DNA of 64,000 nucleotides from a virus: IMG/VR virus record IMGVR_UViG_3300048838_001106, positions 1 to 64,000 of that record; one strand, 5' to 3'. Shown piece by piece: positions 55,701 to 64,000 of this stretch (position 1 is its first letter; each line of letters starts with the position of its first letter). The notes under the pieces were generated by a model. It saw only the letters and a program-made list of their open reading frames with translations, ran no database searches and was not told where the DNA came from. The position numbers and the translations under genes were made by a program.

Positions 55701-56446
55701 ATGCCCATGCCTATCAGGCCGCCCACGTGTCCTAACGCCATCTTAGCAGCGCCATCTGCATAGCTTTGGTAGCCCTGCTGCTGTGCTCTTGTCATGTCTA
55801 GCGATTGATTCAGAGCGGCGTCGTAAGGCCTGGAAAAAGAGAACTCTCTTGTACGCTGAAGGTCTGAAACGGGCAGCATAGCCAGCGGAGGTCCTACGCC
55901 TCCAAGTCCCATGGGAGCTGCTGTACTCGGTCTATCTAGCATCTGACTGCGAAACACACCCATGTTGTGTGATGTCATCATGCCAGCGCCTGGGTACATC
56001 ATGCTCGGGTCCATGTATGCTGCGGTAGACGCGTTCATAATCTGCTGACTGCGTGCCTGAGCCAGCGCAGCCTGCATGCCAAACGGGTCTGACCCTGCAT
56101 GCATCATAGGCTGCTGCATCGGTGGCATCATAGGCTGCTGCATGAATGGCATGGGGGCTGGTTGATACGCCGGTTGCGGCGCCTGATACTGCGATGTAGG
56201 TGCTACACTCATTGGCGGCACGTACGGCATTACTGGCGCAGGTGGAGGTATCTGCATGGGAATAAACGGTGCACTTGCCGAGGCACCATACATAGCCATC
56301 ACCTGTGGAGGCACAAAATCGGTAATTCTTGGAAGAGCAGGCGGCGGGGTAATCCCAAAGTTAGACACTGTGTTGGACATACCCTGGTAGCCCATGGTCA
56401 CGTCCGCCATCACATCCGATAGTGATCTTCCAAAATCGTCAGACAT
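52742..56446 (-). CDS. Tape measure protein
   Basis: 1234-aa helical, Ala/Gly/Met-rich protein with a Gly-rich hydrophobic stretch; directly downstream of the frameshifted chaperone pair. Confidence 0.75.
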   Translation of the reverse strand: MSDDFGRSLSDVMADVTMGYQGMSNTVSNFGITPPPALPRITDFVPPQVMAMYGASASAPFIPMQIPPPAPVMPYVPPMSVAPTSQYQAPQPAYQPAPMPFMQQPMMPPMQQPMMHAGSDPFGMQAALAQARSQQIMNASTAAYMDPSMMYPGAGMMTSHNMGVFRSQMLDRPSTAAPMGLGGVGPPLAMLPVSDLQRTREFSFSRPYDAALNQSLDMTRAQQQGYQSYADGAAKMALGHVGGLIGMGIGAVGGAAVGNPIAGSGIGAVAGEMLQFVPGADRAVAAVMRPALERRYDAIQTQYASRAYMLSSNADTDISGTGLSSSAAQRMTYGMDRLASSTNGDMNRKDITRLVQMSGEQGLLDFEQNSEQIIKATKNIMSLVSTMSQITGDPDFQANIQKIGKLRQLGMGMNKMDEALRNMEAYSRMAGVSVEEAMQTQGMQGAVTYQQLGLAGAQGLQAGVHALGATKQLMAAGTFNERDLAMYGGESGVAQMMTEVGGASISALSQYILPFLVDEGKGGRLSINKDRLRDLQTGKTTFHDALQAASGRTDLSQKAWQNLAGNQRRELTNALGDMSGPAGAQRMMFDMALTLSERNPNLDVQSILNMNVGEDAAAVLMRQTDKTYQKNIMAQMNKELERQQFEASQRTAPEFGFLARHGMRLPSPIDSMQRSWSDTIEGMEESAKLEAVGVRRAVREGMQTPGVSRKEALLYADKAVNEGSDKFSMFDEDLTYRDELMGRGTIRSFGARVIQGSYDHMAHDGNEALFGTGRYAMSNSRAGRSLGALRNYLDPSETDAAALDKLAGSYGKPLSSEDRAAARASLRAKIGDDAVLAKAQVTIGKKMASEVGMGITDPGMIALSDFREAVPGWDNLTEAEQRAFMDTAALAGGSKAEQYQTFHTEKALVANATKLGREFTGAGGGANANAALSAMFGGEIFKDVEIDDLNDSQRAAMEVMLMLTGDDASEQGYYLALAAALESTGGMKSIAQQLHKSLLETEGDAHISKLESARAKFKGLSKDHQEALMVQADRILNVPRVEDRVAVSNGRADITKLKAGALSKIGDTRQAAAFDNLLTSSREAAAVLQGAGANGEVAFKKDDNLKSHAARLQKATGVNAAALQKTMGASNFSKFQSLDLEKDEDMLTALDLLGDMGMGGGELDIKTKGVGATSEGITNQEIAIEAQSQFFSRLNASVDYNARALEDNTRALLGTNNKAKQAATKMVEDPNAPD

Positions 56447-56457
56447 TTATTGCACCT

Positions 56458-56864
56458 CTAGTCTTCTCCTCTCAGCCATGAGTTGAGGTCGAAAGACTCT
56501 GATTCCATCTTGTCCAGACGCTCGAACAGCTTTCGCTTTTCCTGGCTTTCGCGAAGACGCATCTCGAGAGTTCGCCTGTGATAAGAAGTACCATACGCGG
56601 ATTGGTCTATCTCCGCGAGACTCTTTCGCAAAGAGACCTTGAGGAAATCATACCTCTTTTGAAACTCCACGTCTGCTGGAACGCCCGCCATTGAATACGT
56701 TATCATGGCGTCTTGCTGCAACAAAGTAGCCTGCAGCTGGCGCTCTCTGCGTAGAACTTCCGCCCACAACCTGTTAGTTGCCATGCCTGTCAGCGAGTGG
56801 TAGTCCGGCAACTCAATACCCCGCGTTCTAAACGTGATGCGCGTGTTTAGAAGAGGGTTGGATA
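56458..56864 (-). CDS. Tail assembly chaperone extension (gpT-like, -1 frame)
   Basis: The -1 frame is open from the slippery site (LSNPLLNTRITFRTRGIELPDYH...) into ORF 56458-56811. Confidence 0.7.
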
Positions 56865-57497
56865 AAAATTTTCCAGGTACCCCTCAGAGAATACTGTGTT
56901 GATTTTGCGATCGAAGTCGTAGAGTTTACGCTGCAGGATGGTGAACGCCGGCTGCGGAATGCTGCTTAGCCAGGCCAGTGTCTTCTGCACATCTTCGGGA
57001 GTCTGGTTAGGGAACACGCGGTCGCCATATCTCACAATCGAACTTGCCAGGTGCTGGCGCGCGATCTCAAACTCTATGCTGGTTCGGTACTGCGGCATCT
57101 CCTTCTCCAGCGCCCGGTTTAGCCGCGCCTGGTCAGTCAGGGTCCTTGTACGAAACGTCACGGACACCGAGTCAGTAATTTTAATAGTCTCTTCATACTG
57201 CCGAAGCGTGACGACGATGCAGTCTATGATGCCAAGGGCTTCTTTGAGCGGAATGTTCTCTTTTTCCAGCGCTGCGCGGTACCGCTCTTGTGGAGACTTA
57301 TCCAGCTCTTCCATAGCTGCTTTAATGGCCGCATCCTCTTTGTCAAAGACTTCCTGACTGGCTGTGACCACGGGTGCTGCCATAGAACTTCCAGTGGAGC
57401 TGGCAAGATACTCACGAACTTCGTCAGCCACGGACGCCGGCGCATGCCTGTCCGTGTCGACTACTGGGGGCTGGTTGATGAGGTCTTCACTCTGCAT
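56847..57497 (-). CDS. Tail assembly chaperone (gpG-like)
   Basis: Upstream of the tape measure gene with a slippery site; GGAG RBS before ATG 57497. Confidence 0.7.
   Translation of the reverse strand: MQSEDLINQPPVVDTDRHAPASVADEVREYLASSTGSSMAAPVVTASQEVFDKEDAAIKAAMEELDKSPQERYRAALEKENIPLKEALGIIDCIVVTLRQYEETIKITDSVSVTFRTRTLTDQARLNRALEKEMPQYRTSIEFEIARQHLASSIVRYGDRVFPNQTPEDVQKTLAWLSSIPQPAFTILQRKLYDFDRKINTVFSEGYLENFYPTLF
56865..56871 (-). other. -1 programmed ribosomal frameshift heptamer A AAT TTT
   Basis: In-phase X XXY YYZ heptamer near the end of the chaperone ORF (..LENFYPTLF*). Confidence 0.75.
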
Positions 57498-57567
57498 ATT
57501 TTCTCCGGTATAGCCGCACATTTTGTGGTAGAAGAGGACGCCTCCAAACTCTATAGCAGGTCAGTAT

Positions 57568-57909
57568 ATGGAACGACAAGAGATAACACTGTTCGACGTT
57601 ACAAGAAATGAGTGGATGTCACTTCGCAACGCGTTCAAAGAGTTCGACGTAGAATCCGGGGAAGAAACCGAAGCAGACAACTGCTGGGATGCGCGCCTTC
57701 GAACCGACTGGAAAGAAGACGAAGTCATGTACTGGAGCCGCAGCAGCTGGAGAGAGGGTTTCTGGCACGCGAAGATGGTGCTCATACCCGCCACCGAAGA
57801 CACCTGCACGATTGTGTTAGTGCGCGGCGACGACCCGAAAGCCATGTTGCTAACCAGGACACTGGAATACATAGAGCCGTTTCTCAGAAAACATAAAGGA
57901 GCCACATGA
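57568..57909 (+). CDS. Hypothetical protein
   Basis: 113 aa; first gene of a tightly coupled + strand cluster. Confidence 0.55.
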   Translation: MERQEITLFDVTRNEWMSLRNAFKEFDVESGEETEADNCWDARLRTDWKEDEVMYWSRSSWREGFWHAKMVLIPATEDTCTIVLVRGDDPKAMLLTRTLEYIEPFLRKHKGAT

Positions 57910-58214
57910 AGGGAGAAGTGATAGCCAGGGACACCCTGCGTCTGTTGACGTACGTGGAGTGTAAGAAGTGTGAAAAGGCCGCGGCCGAGATAAGTGTAGG
58001 CACGACAATTCGTGCCGCAGCATTGGATAGCGGCGCTGTTATTGAAGGGGAACTTCTGGGCGTCACACTGAAAAGTAGCCCTGCCCAGTCAACTGGATAC
58101 GTGCTGCGTGCCACGCCATCGAGGTGTGTGGAGACCGTGTCGCTAGCAGGGCCTATAGAGGTCTGCTGCGGCCAGTGCAAACGAACCGTCGGCAGTGTGA
58201 CACTATGGACCTGA
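57906..58214 (+). CDS. Hypothetical protein with CxxC motifs
   Basis: CKKC...CGQC; AAGGAG RBS. Confidence 0.5.
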   Translation: MKGEVIARDTLRLLTYVECKKCEKAAAEISVGTTIRAAALDSGAVIEGELLGVTLKSSPAQSTGYVLRATPSRCVETVSLAGPIEVCCGQCKRTVGSVTLWT

Positions 58215-58876
58215 CAGCTTCAGAGTACCCATGCTGGCTATACTCTGCCGTGCAACCACTGCATAGCATCCAGTGTACTGATGCGTCTGCGTGGTACAGA
58301 TACCGAAGGAAAAAATGGAAGCGTATAGCACCAGACAAGACCAGCACACGATTGATCAAGCTGCTAGATTCAATGGGAATTGGCACAGATGTGCTTGTCA
58401 AATTCATGGACGACGCAGGGTTCGGTGCTTACCAGGACATCGTGCGGCGGATCGTGGCGTACAACGCGCCTCCCAGTGCTTACTCGCCAGACGTTCTGGA
58501 TGCGATAGCCACATCTCTGGCGGTGCCAGTGACGTATCTATACATGGAGAACATCAACAGTATTCCTAACATCTTCAGGGCAAGATACGCCGTGACCAAA
58601 CACAGCATGTTCAAGCCAGCTACTGAGGAAAAAGAAGCCGAACTGTCTGACGCTGTGTTCACCGGTGTGTTGAGCGTACCTAGCGCAGGGCCTGCTTTAC
58701 GTGTCTTCCACGTACTGTACACGGTGGATGGTGTGGGAGGCTACAAACGCGCTCACGTGATTACGTCTGATGCAAAGCGGGCTGCAGACGTGTTGTTGTC
58801 TCAGATACCTGACGCCTCTGTCGTGGAAACATCTTCGCAAGCCCTAATCGACGGGTTGATAGTCTACGGGAGTTAA
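58124..58876 (+). CDS. Hypothetical protein (start probably ~58205)
   Basis: Up to 250 aa; internal ATG (MDLTASEY) overlaps the upstream stop. Confidence 0.55.
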   Translation: MCGDRVASRAYRGLLRPVQTNRRQCDTMDLTASEYPCWLYSAVQPLHSIQCTDASAWYRYRRKKWKRIAPDKTSTRLIKLLDSMGIGTDVLVKFMDDAGFGAYQDIVRRIVAYNAPPSAYSPDVLDAIATSLAVPVTYLYMENINSIPNIFRARYAVTKHSMFKPATEEKEAELSDAVFTGVLSVPSAGPALRVFHVLYTVDGVGGYKRAHVITSDAKRAADVLLSQIPDASVVETSSQALIDGLIVYGS

Positions 58877-58878
58877 AT

Positions 58879-59316
58879 ATGAAGATGGTGTTAGAGATGA
58901 AATACACGCCAAGAAACGGCGTGTCAGTGCTAGTGAGTAGCGCATGGAGCGCCAGAACGATGCACGCGCAGGTGCCCGCATGGGTTCGGTACGTTCACAT
59001 GACCCCTTTGTACAGAAATGACGCCCTGTACTTCAACCTACATAAACTGTTTGTAGACAGTCCACTGGTGGTTGGAGCCGTAGTAACTCGGCATGAGAGG
59101 GGCTCCCTACATGCGACAGCGTCATTGCTGTACTACCTGTCAGAATCCGACTGCGAGGCAGCGTTGACGAGCGCTGCGCAAAGCAAAAACGCTATACAAC
59201 CCTGGGAAATATTGCTGCAGCCTGGCGGTAAGGAAACCTGGGGGAAAGTCACAGTACCTGCAACCTTGATCCTCCCAGACATCCTGGGCATGGAGGTAGA
59301 ATGTCAACTACAGTAA
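58879..59316 (+). CDS. Hypothetical protein
   Basis: 145 aa; GGGAG RBS. Confidence 0.55.
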   Translation: MKMVLEMKYTPRNGVSVLVSSAWSARTMHAQVPAWVRYVHMTPLYRNDALYFNLHKLFVDSPLVVGAVVTRHERGSLHATASLLYYLSESDCEAALTSAAQSKNAIQPWEILLQPGGKETWGKVTVPATLILPDILGMEVECQLQ

Positions 59317-59765
59317 ACGTGCGCTTCCTGACGCGCGAGTTTGAGCCGAAAGATGCGATATGGCTACGCAAGCGAACCGTAGAGCTGCCGTGGCACATGA
59401 TGCATGATGTGCTTCAGGAAGCGATCGGTGTGGATGTGTTTGTCGAGGGCAGTCCTGATGTGTACCTCACCGATTGTGACGGGTTACACGTTGTAGAGCC
59501 GCTTCTCGCGTCGCTTGTGTTGGACGGACCCGGCTTGCCACCCATGAAGTGCCTGGCGGTGGACATCCAGGTCAAGATCGCTGCCGAAATGGTTGTGGCC
59601 GACTTGTATTTCTGCAGCTATGCGGAGTATCTCGGAGAGTTGTATGCTGGAGCTCCGTCATCAAGAGTATTCTTTGATGACGAGACTACAGTTCTTGACA
59701 CGGAGATACCTGCATGGATGAATACCGAAAGCAGCGGTACATACGAAGAGAATACCGCGACCTAA
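59301..59765 (+). CDS. Hypothetical protein
   Basis: 154 aa; GGAGG RBS. Confidence 0.55.
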   Translation: MSTTVNVRFLTREFEPKDAIWLRKRTVELPWHMMHDVLQEAIGVDVFVEGSPDVYLTDCDGLHVVEPLLASLVLDGPGLPPMKCLAVDIQVKIAAEMVVADLYFCSYAEYLGELYAGAPSSRVFFDDETTVLDTEIPAWMNTESSGTYEENTAT

Positions 59766-60220
59766 ACACAGAATCACTAGGGGAGCTAAAAGAAAACACG
59801 GCTGAGTGGTCGTACCTGTCAGAGTACGCAGACGCCGTGCCATTGACAGAGTATACCGGTACGCTGCGAAAGGACGCCGGCATCAAAGCAGCAAAGCAAC
59901 GCGCCGCACTTAAGGACCATATTTACGTGTGCTCGCTCGATGTCGTAAAGCCAATCCTGAGACACACTAACCTAGAGTTGTTTCTGTCATCGATACCAGA
60001 CGTGTGCACCTCTCGGACAGGTGCTTACTGGGTGCTTGGCCTGTCTGATTTCGATCCAAACACAGATGCAGACTATACCCGCCTGCGTCTCTATCTTACG
60101 TCGATTGTCCCCATGAGTGTGCTGGACGGCTTTGCGGTGTGCACCCCTCCGGTTAAATTGAAGCATCACACCGCGCAGCTCACAGCAATACCAACCCCAG
60201 AATGGATAACAAACAAATGA
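59714..60220 (+). CDS. Hypothetical protein
   Basis: 168 aa; GGAG RBS. Confidence 0.5.
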   Translation: MDEYRKQRYIRREYRDLNTESLGELKENTAEWSYLSEYADAVPLTEYTGTLRKDAGIKAAKQRAALKDHIYVCSLDVVKPILRHTNLELFLSSIPDVCTSRTGAYWVLGLSDFDPNTDADYTRLRLYLTSIVPMSVLDGFAVCTPPVKLKHHTAQLTAIPTPEWITNK

Positions 60221-60474
60221 GTTTCGATCCTACTATGCCTCTTATCACTGCGTACCTTCAACTGTGTGTAGGGAAGAACGCCGACATCTACAGAAATGAA
60301 AAAGTGCGTGGTGTGCACCAGCTAGCCCTGGCAAACCTGAGCGCTACCGAATCGTGGTTAGACGTCGAAACACTATACCTTGAAGCCATTCACGAAATCA
60401 TCGGCCCGGAGTGTCCTGGGCCCCTTAAAGACATGATACTGGCGATCAAAGAGATCGCGAAGGAGTCTGTATGA
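60217..60474 (+). CDS. Hypothetical protein
   Basis: ~85 aa; ATGA coupling. Confidence 0.5.
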   Translation: MSFDPTMPLITAYLQLCVGKNADIYRNEKVRGVHQLALANLSATESWLDVETLYLEAIHEIIGPECPGPLKDMILAIKEIAKESV

Positions 60475-60824
60475 GCAAGTTCAATACCGAATACTCTCTT
60501 GAGCACGAAGGCGTGCCTACCTGTGCTACCACTGTTGACGTGCGTCCTGGATGGGATGTTATTCTGGAGTACTTCAAGCCGTACGCTGGAGAAGTAACCG
60601 CACCGCCCATTCGTCTGACTGGATATCTGGTGGCGCGCGAGAAAATGTTGCAGGGCGACATCAATGTTGCTCTGGAAAAGTCGAAGTACCTGGCGTCGCT
60701 TCCAGAGACCGCTCGCGAGTTCGTCAAAGACCTTGACGGCGGATTCGACGGATTGAATGAGGACATCCAGTATCTGATGGATGAATATGTTGGCATCCTG
60801 ACCATCAAGGATCAGGTACTGTGA
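60471..60824 (+). CDS. Hypothetical protein
   Basis: 117 aa; AAGGAG RBS. Confidence 0.55.
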   Translation: MSKFNTEYSLEHEGVPTCATTVDVRPGWDVILEYFKPYAGEVTAPPIRLTGYLVAREKMLQGDINVALEKSKYLASLPETAREFVKDLDGGFDGLNEDIQYLMDEYVGILTIKDQVL

Positions 60825-61657
60825 GTAAGACGCTGCAGGACGTCGTAGACAAATGGTACCAGGGACGAAGCGCACACTATTCAGGAGTTAGAGTCAGCAC
60901 AGACGGTGTTCGTCTGTGGTCATACAGAACGCAGATAGCCTGGGCAGGTATCGGCGTATACTGCATCGATGCCACCAGTTACTCCGTGTCAACGTCGAGG
61001 CATCAGCGTCTAGCAATCGAGGCGGCGAGTGACGAAGCTCTCCATTACTGGGGAAGAGAAAGCTACAAAGGCAAAGGTTGGACGTGTCGCACATCCTTGT
61101 TTCGCGAAGACGTGACTCTGCTTAGAGAAAACGCTGCTGACACTGACATATTTCAAGTCATGCTTCCAGCAGGCACCGCATACAAGTACTTCAGTGTGGC
61201 AGCGGTAAAGCAGCGTGGGGATGTCTATCTATTCTACATCCAGGCCAACGCCGTGTCTCACCCGTCTCCCTGGCTTGGAAACGTGCTTCGCCCAGGCAGA
61301 GGCATCATCGGTCAGACAACTGACTGTCCATCCTCGGTAGCGGACTTGATCAGGGATTGGGTGCCAGAGGCACTCTATCCTGCGCGGAATGAGGGAAGGC
61401 TGTTCTCATACGAGGGTCTGCTGTTCGAGGAATTGGAGCCGAAACGCGGCACATTCTCCAGAACTAAGAATGGACCAGTTTACGTCGGTGAGACGACAAC
61501 CGGGCGGCCCGTGACAGCACTAGACGTGAGTGTGGAAGATCCGTCTGTGTTCTACGGACGCATTCAGATGGGCAACGAGCACACACTTCGATTGCCAGGA
61601 AACAAGTGGTGGCGCGCGCACAGATCGGCGTACCACCCAACAATACAAGGAGGGTAA
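60821..61657 (+). CDS. Hypothetical phage protein
   Basis: 278 aa; GTGA coupling. Confidence 0.6.
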   Translation: MSKTLQDVVDKWYQGRSAHYSGVRVSTDGVRLWSYRTQIAWAGIGVYCIDATSYSVSTSRHQRLAIEAASDEALHYWGRESYKGKGWTCRTSLFREDVTLLRENAADTDIFQVMLPAGTAYKYFSVAAVKQRGDVYLFYIQANAVSHPSPWLGNVLRPGRGIIGQTTDCPSSVADLIRDWVPEALYPARNEGRLFSYEGLLFEELEPKRGTFSRTKNGPVYVGETTTGRPVTALDVSVEDPSVFYGRIQMGNEHTLRLPGNKWWRAHRSAYHPTIQGG

Positions 61658-62533
61658 GTGGCGAAGCAACAGACACTCGACCACACTCATGCCCTGATAG
61701 CACGACTGCCGCTGTGGCCCGTAATACAGATATTGACCGAGGGTGGTTGTAGCAAAGAAGCTGAGTGGTACGTAAACAACGCCCACACTTTTCGAAATGA
61801 TAATTCAGGGCCATTCAAGAGCGCAGACAAGGCGCACACAATCTCCAGGCGGCTAGAAGCGCACATCTGGAACGTTAACTCGATGGGCAGCGAGATTACT
61901 GCCGCAGGGTACAACGAGTCTAACGCGTTTGGATGGGAGCTAAAGGACAGGATAGAGCGCGTGTGCCGTGGGGATATGACTCCTTCCGAAGCATTCGAGT
62001 CTCACGAGGCGTCGAGAACAGCGTTGTACAACACAGGAAGTAAGCATAGAGACCCGGAGATACGAGAGGCGCTATTGATGCGGCAGGCACTATGGAGAGA
62101 GTACGGTGCGGGAATGCTAAAGGCGACGCTGCCTGATGACCTGCATGCAATACACATCCCCGCATTGGGGTGTTCTCTGATCCTTATGGACAACGTGTAC
62201 GACGGGGAAAACCCTCTCACATACCTTCGGGCCCTGACAGTCGGCAGGCCTGTAGACAGTGGGATATGGGTAATGGCATCTCGCGATTGGCCAGTTGTGG
62301 CTAAAGCGCTACAGACTTTGAACAAAATGCCTGTAGAGATGTCCCGGCTGCTAGAGCCAGAATTCCCTGGCAACTTGTCGCGCGTTCATGAGCTAATGTA
62401 CCGGTACAAGCGTCACCGCATCACAGACGGCGACACGCTTATGTACCCAGGATACATCAAAGATCTGGATGCAGATCTGCTACCGCCTTATAAGCCCACA
62501 AAGGCAATTTTCCGGGAGAGTGATGCTCCCTAG
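61658..62533 (+). CDS. Hypothetical protein
   Basis: 291 aa; AGGAGG RBS. Confidence 0.6.
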   Translation: MAKQQTLDHTHALIARLPLWPVIQILTEGGCSKEAEWYVNNAHTFRNDNSGPFKSADKAHTISRRLEAHIWNVNSMGSEITAAGYNESNAFGWELKDRIERVCRGDMTPSEAFESHEASRTALYNTGSKHRDPEIREALLMRQALWREYGAGMLKATLPDDLHAIHIPALGCSLILMDNVYDGENPLTYLRALTVGRPVDSGIWVMASRDWPVVAKALQTLNKMPVEMSRLLEPEFPGNLSRVHELMYRYKRHRITDGDTLMYPGYIKDLDADLLPPYKPTKAIFRESDAP

Positions 62534-63119
62534 CGTGTCTAAGCTCCTCGATACGCTTGTTGAAGTACCTGGTTACCCAGCCCTTAAACGGCCACATCCA
62601 CAAATAGGTTGGACCTGTAAACTGGCTAGTGAGCCAAGTGATGTAGGTTGCGGGCACATTACCTCCTGTGTGTCGATACTGTGCTGCAAGGCTTACGGTG
62701 TAGCCTCTAAGCTCAGCCCAGGCCCTTCCTGGTGATGGGCACACAAGAAACGCGGCACACAGCAGCCACCAATGGCTGTACCAGATAGACAGCAGTGCCA
62801 GCGGTGCCAGCGCATTAGGCAGCAGATACGCGATGCGCAACAGCCAATTCAAATCTTCGATGTGTTGCGCTTCGTGCATCAACACAGGCGTACTGACGCG
62901 CTTAGACGGCGTGGCAATAGTTTTTCCTATTACCGTTGTGTAGCGTGTCATGTACGTGCGCTCGAATTTTAGTGGCGAGAAAGACAAGCGCCACGTCCAG
63001 ACAATCAACCAACTCAGTGCGATATGAAAGGCTGAGTCCTCTTTTTTAATCACGCGTGCACCGTACAGGGTGTGCAATTCACTGACGACAAAATCGTAAT
63101 CGTCGTAAGGAGTGTTCAT
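62457..63119 (-). CDS. Membrane-associated HExxH metallopeptidase-like protein
   Basis: LMHEAQH, a hydrophobic segment and a downstream E in AWAELRGY; AAGGA RBS before ATG 63119. Confidence 0.55.
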   Translation of the reverse strand: MNTPYDDYDFVVSELHTLYGARVIKKEDSAFHIALSWLIVWTWRLSFSPLKFERTYMTRYTTVIGKTIATPSKRVSTPVLMHEAQHIEDLNWLLRIAYLLPNALAPLALLSIWYSHWWLLCAAFLVCPSPGRAWAELRGYTVSLAAQYRHTGGNVPATYITWLTSQFTGPTYLWMWPFKGWVTRYFNKRIEELRHAREHHSPGKLPLWAYKAVADLHPDL

Positions 63120-63336
63120 GAGTGTCCTTATGGGAAATGTACTTCGAATCCTGGCCGTTGGCGCCAGAGTACTGGCAAACACAGCGGCGGACAAGGAGAA
63201 GGTCGAGACCGTGATTGACATCGGATCTCGTATTTATGCGCATGCGCCGACGATATGTCCTTGCTGTCATGGTAAAGGAAAGGTATCACGACAGAAAGCA
63301 ATGGAAACGGAGATGGCGCTGAGGAAAGTACTATGA
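63118..63336 (+). CDS. Small hypothetical protein (CPCCHGKG motif)
   Basis: TAAGGAG RBS; CxxCxGxG motif. Confidence 0.5.
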   Translation: MSVLMGNVLRILAVGARVLANTAADKEKVETVIDIGSRIYAHAPTICPCCHGKGKVSRQKAMETEMALRKVL

Positions 63337-63698
63337 AGAAGGTAGACCCGTTCAACATATCGCTGCCTGAAGACGTAGCTATCGGCATTACACCCATGCA
63401 GCCTGTGCGGCTCACATTGATGTGTATGCCATGTCGTCGTCCTCTGGAGCCAAGAAGTCAGGTGCCTCGGACAAACGTGCTGTTGATGTCGCAGTCCAGT
63501 GTTATGGAGTACGATATCATGCACGCGTGTCCTGCGTGCAATCGTCAGGTTTCGGTGCCGCACGCGTATCCATTGATAACCATGATGGATGCAGACGAAT
63601 TCGCACAGGCGACGCAGGCTGAAGACACTGACACCTCCGAAGAGATGGAACTCGTGAGCTCCATCCGAATCACCGCAGACGCCATCACTACTGAGTAA
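63333..63698 (+). CDS. Zinc-ribbon protein
   Basis: CMPC...CPAC; GAGGA RBS. Confidence 0.55.
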   Translation: MKKVDPFNISLPEDVAIGITPMQPVRLTLMCMPCRRPLEPRSQVPRTNVLLMSQSSVMEYDIMHACPACNRQVSVPHAYPLITMMDADEFAQATQAEDTDTSEEMELVSSIRITADAITTE

Positions 63699-63706
63699 GG
63701 GTTTTT

Positions 63707-64000
63707 ATGCTATTGTGGCTTGATCTCGAGACAACAGGACTCCATCCAGAGCGACACACGATTCTAGAGGTGGCTTGCATTCTAACCGACGACGACTTGA
63801 ACGAGAAGTCGCGCTGGGAGTCGATCGTGCGGCCTGGCGTGTCGGATGTCAGGCGTCTTATGGCGTTGACATCTGACGACTTCGTTATCGACATGCACAC
63901 CAAAAACGGTTTGCTAGACGAGATCAATGCAGGGCTGGGCGTGTCTATGGACGTAGCTGAGCAGGCCATCCTCAAATTAGTTGAGGGTATACCCAAGAAG
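63707..64000 (+). CDS. orn: Oligoribonuclease-like DEDDh exonuclease (runs off the window; absent from the ORF track)
   Basis: Manual translation MLLWLDLETTGLHPERHTILEVACILTDDDLN...DMHTKNGLL matches the Orn WxDxExTGL and MHxxxGL motifs. Confidence 0.8.
   Translation, partial: MLLWLDLETTGLHPERHTILEVACILTDDDLNEKSRWESIVRPGVSDVRRLMALTSDDFVIDMHTKNGLLDEINAGLGVSMDVAEQAILKLVEGIPKK

Noticed and set aside
1-64000. tRNA/rRNA genes, integrase or transposase, major capsid/sheath genes, stop-codon recoding
   Set aside because: None recognised by eye. ORFs tile densely in the standard code, and capsid and sheath genes probably lie outside the window. tRNAscan was not run.

Overview
This window is a 64 kb internal segment of a large dsDNA tailed phage with a contractile-tail-type baseplate; the host cannot be determined from the sequence. 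Genes on the two strands are interleaved. The + strand carries replication and early functions: SNF2-like helicase, two Cas4/RecB-like nucleases, ParB-like protein, SSB-like protein, primase-helicase, UDG-like domain fused to a family A DNA polymerase, MoxR AAA+ ATPase, metallopeptidase-vWA protein, RuvC and an Orn-like exonuclease. The - strand carries virion genes: portal-like protein, large terminase, tail fibre and baseplate genes, M23 peptidase, tape measure protein and a frameshifted tail chaperone. The main finding is a stand-alone retron-type reverse transcriptase (25562-26647) with no room for an adjacent ncRNA. About 8 kb away, right after the polymerase operon (17215-17688), lies a tandem array of three retron msr/msd-like units. 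Each unit is closed by its own inverted repeat with an unpaired G directly after the 5' arm. All three share a CAGCG-CTA-CGCTG hairpin and an AAACAG motif, but each carries a different long hairpin. This suggests one RT acting in trans on an array of templates. Also notable is a cassette of candidate virion-packaged proteins with shared N- and C-terminal tags, including three ADP-ribosyltransferase-like domains, one fused to a sigma-70-type domain. All calls come from reading motifs by eye; no database searches were run.
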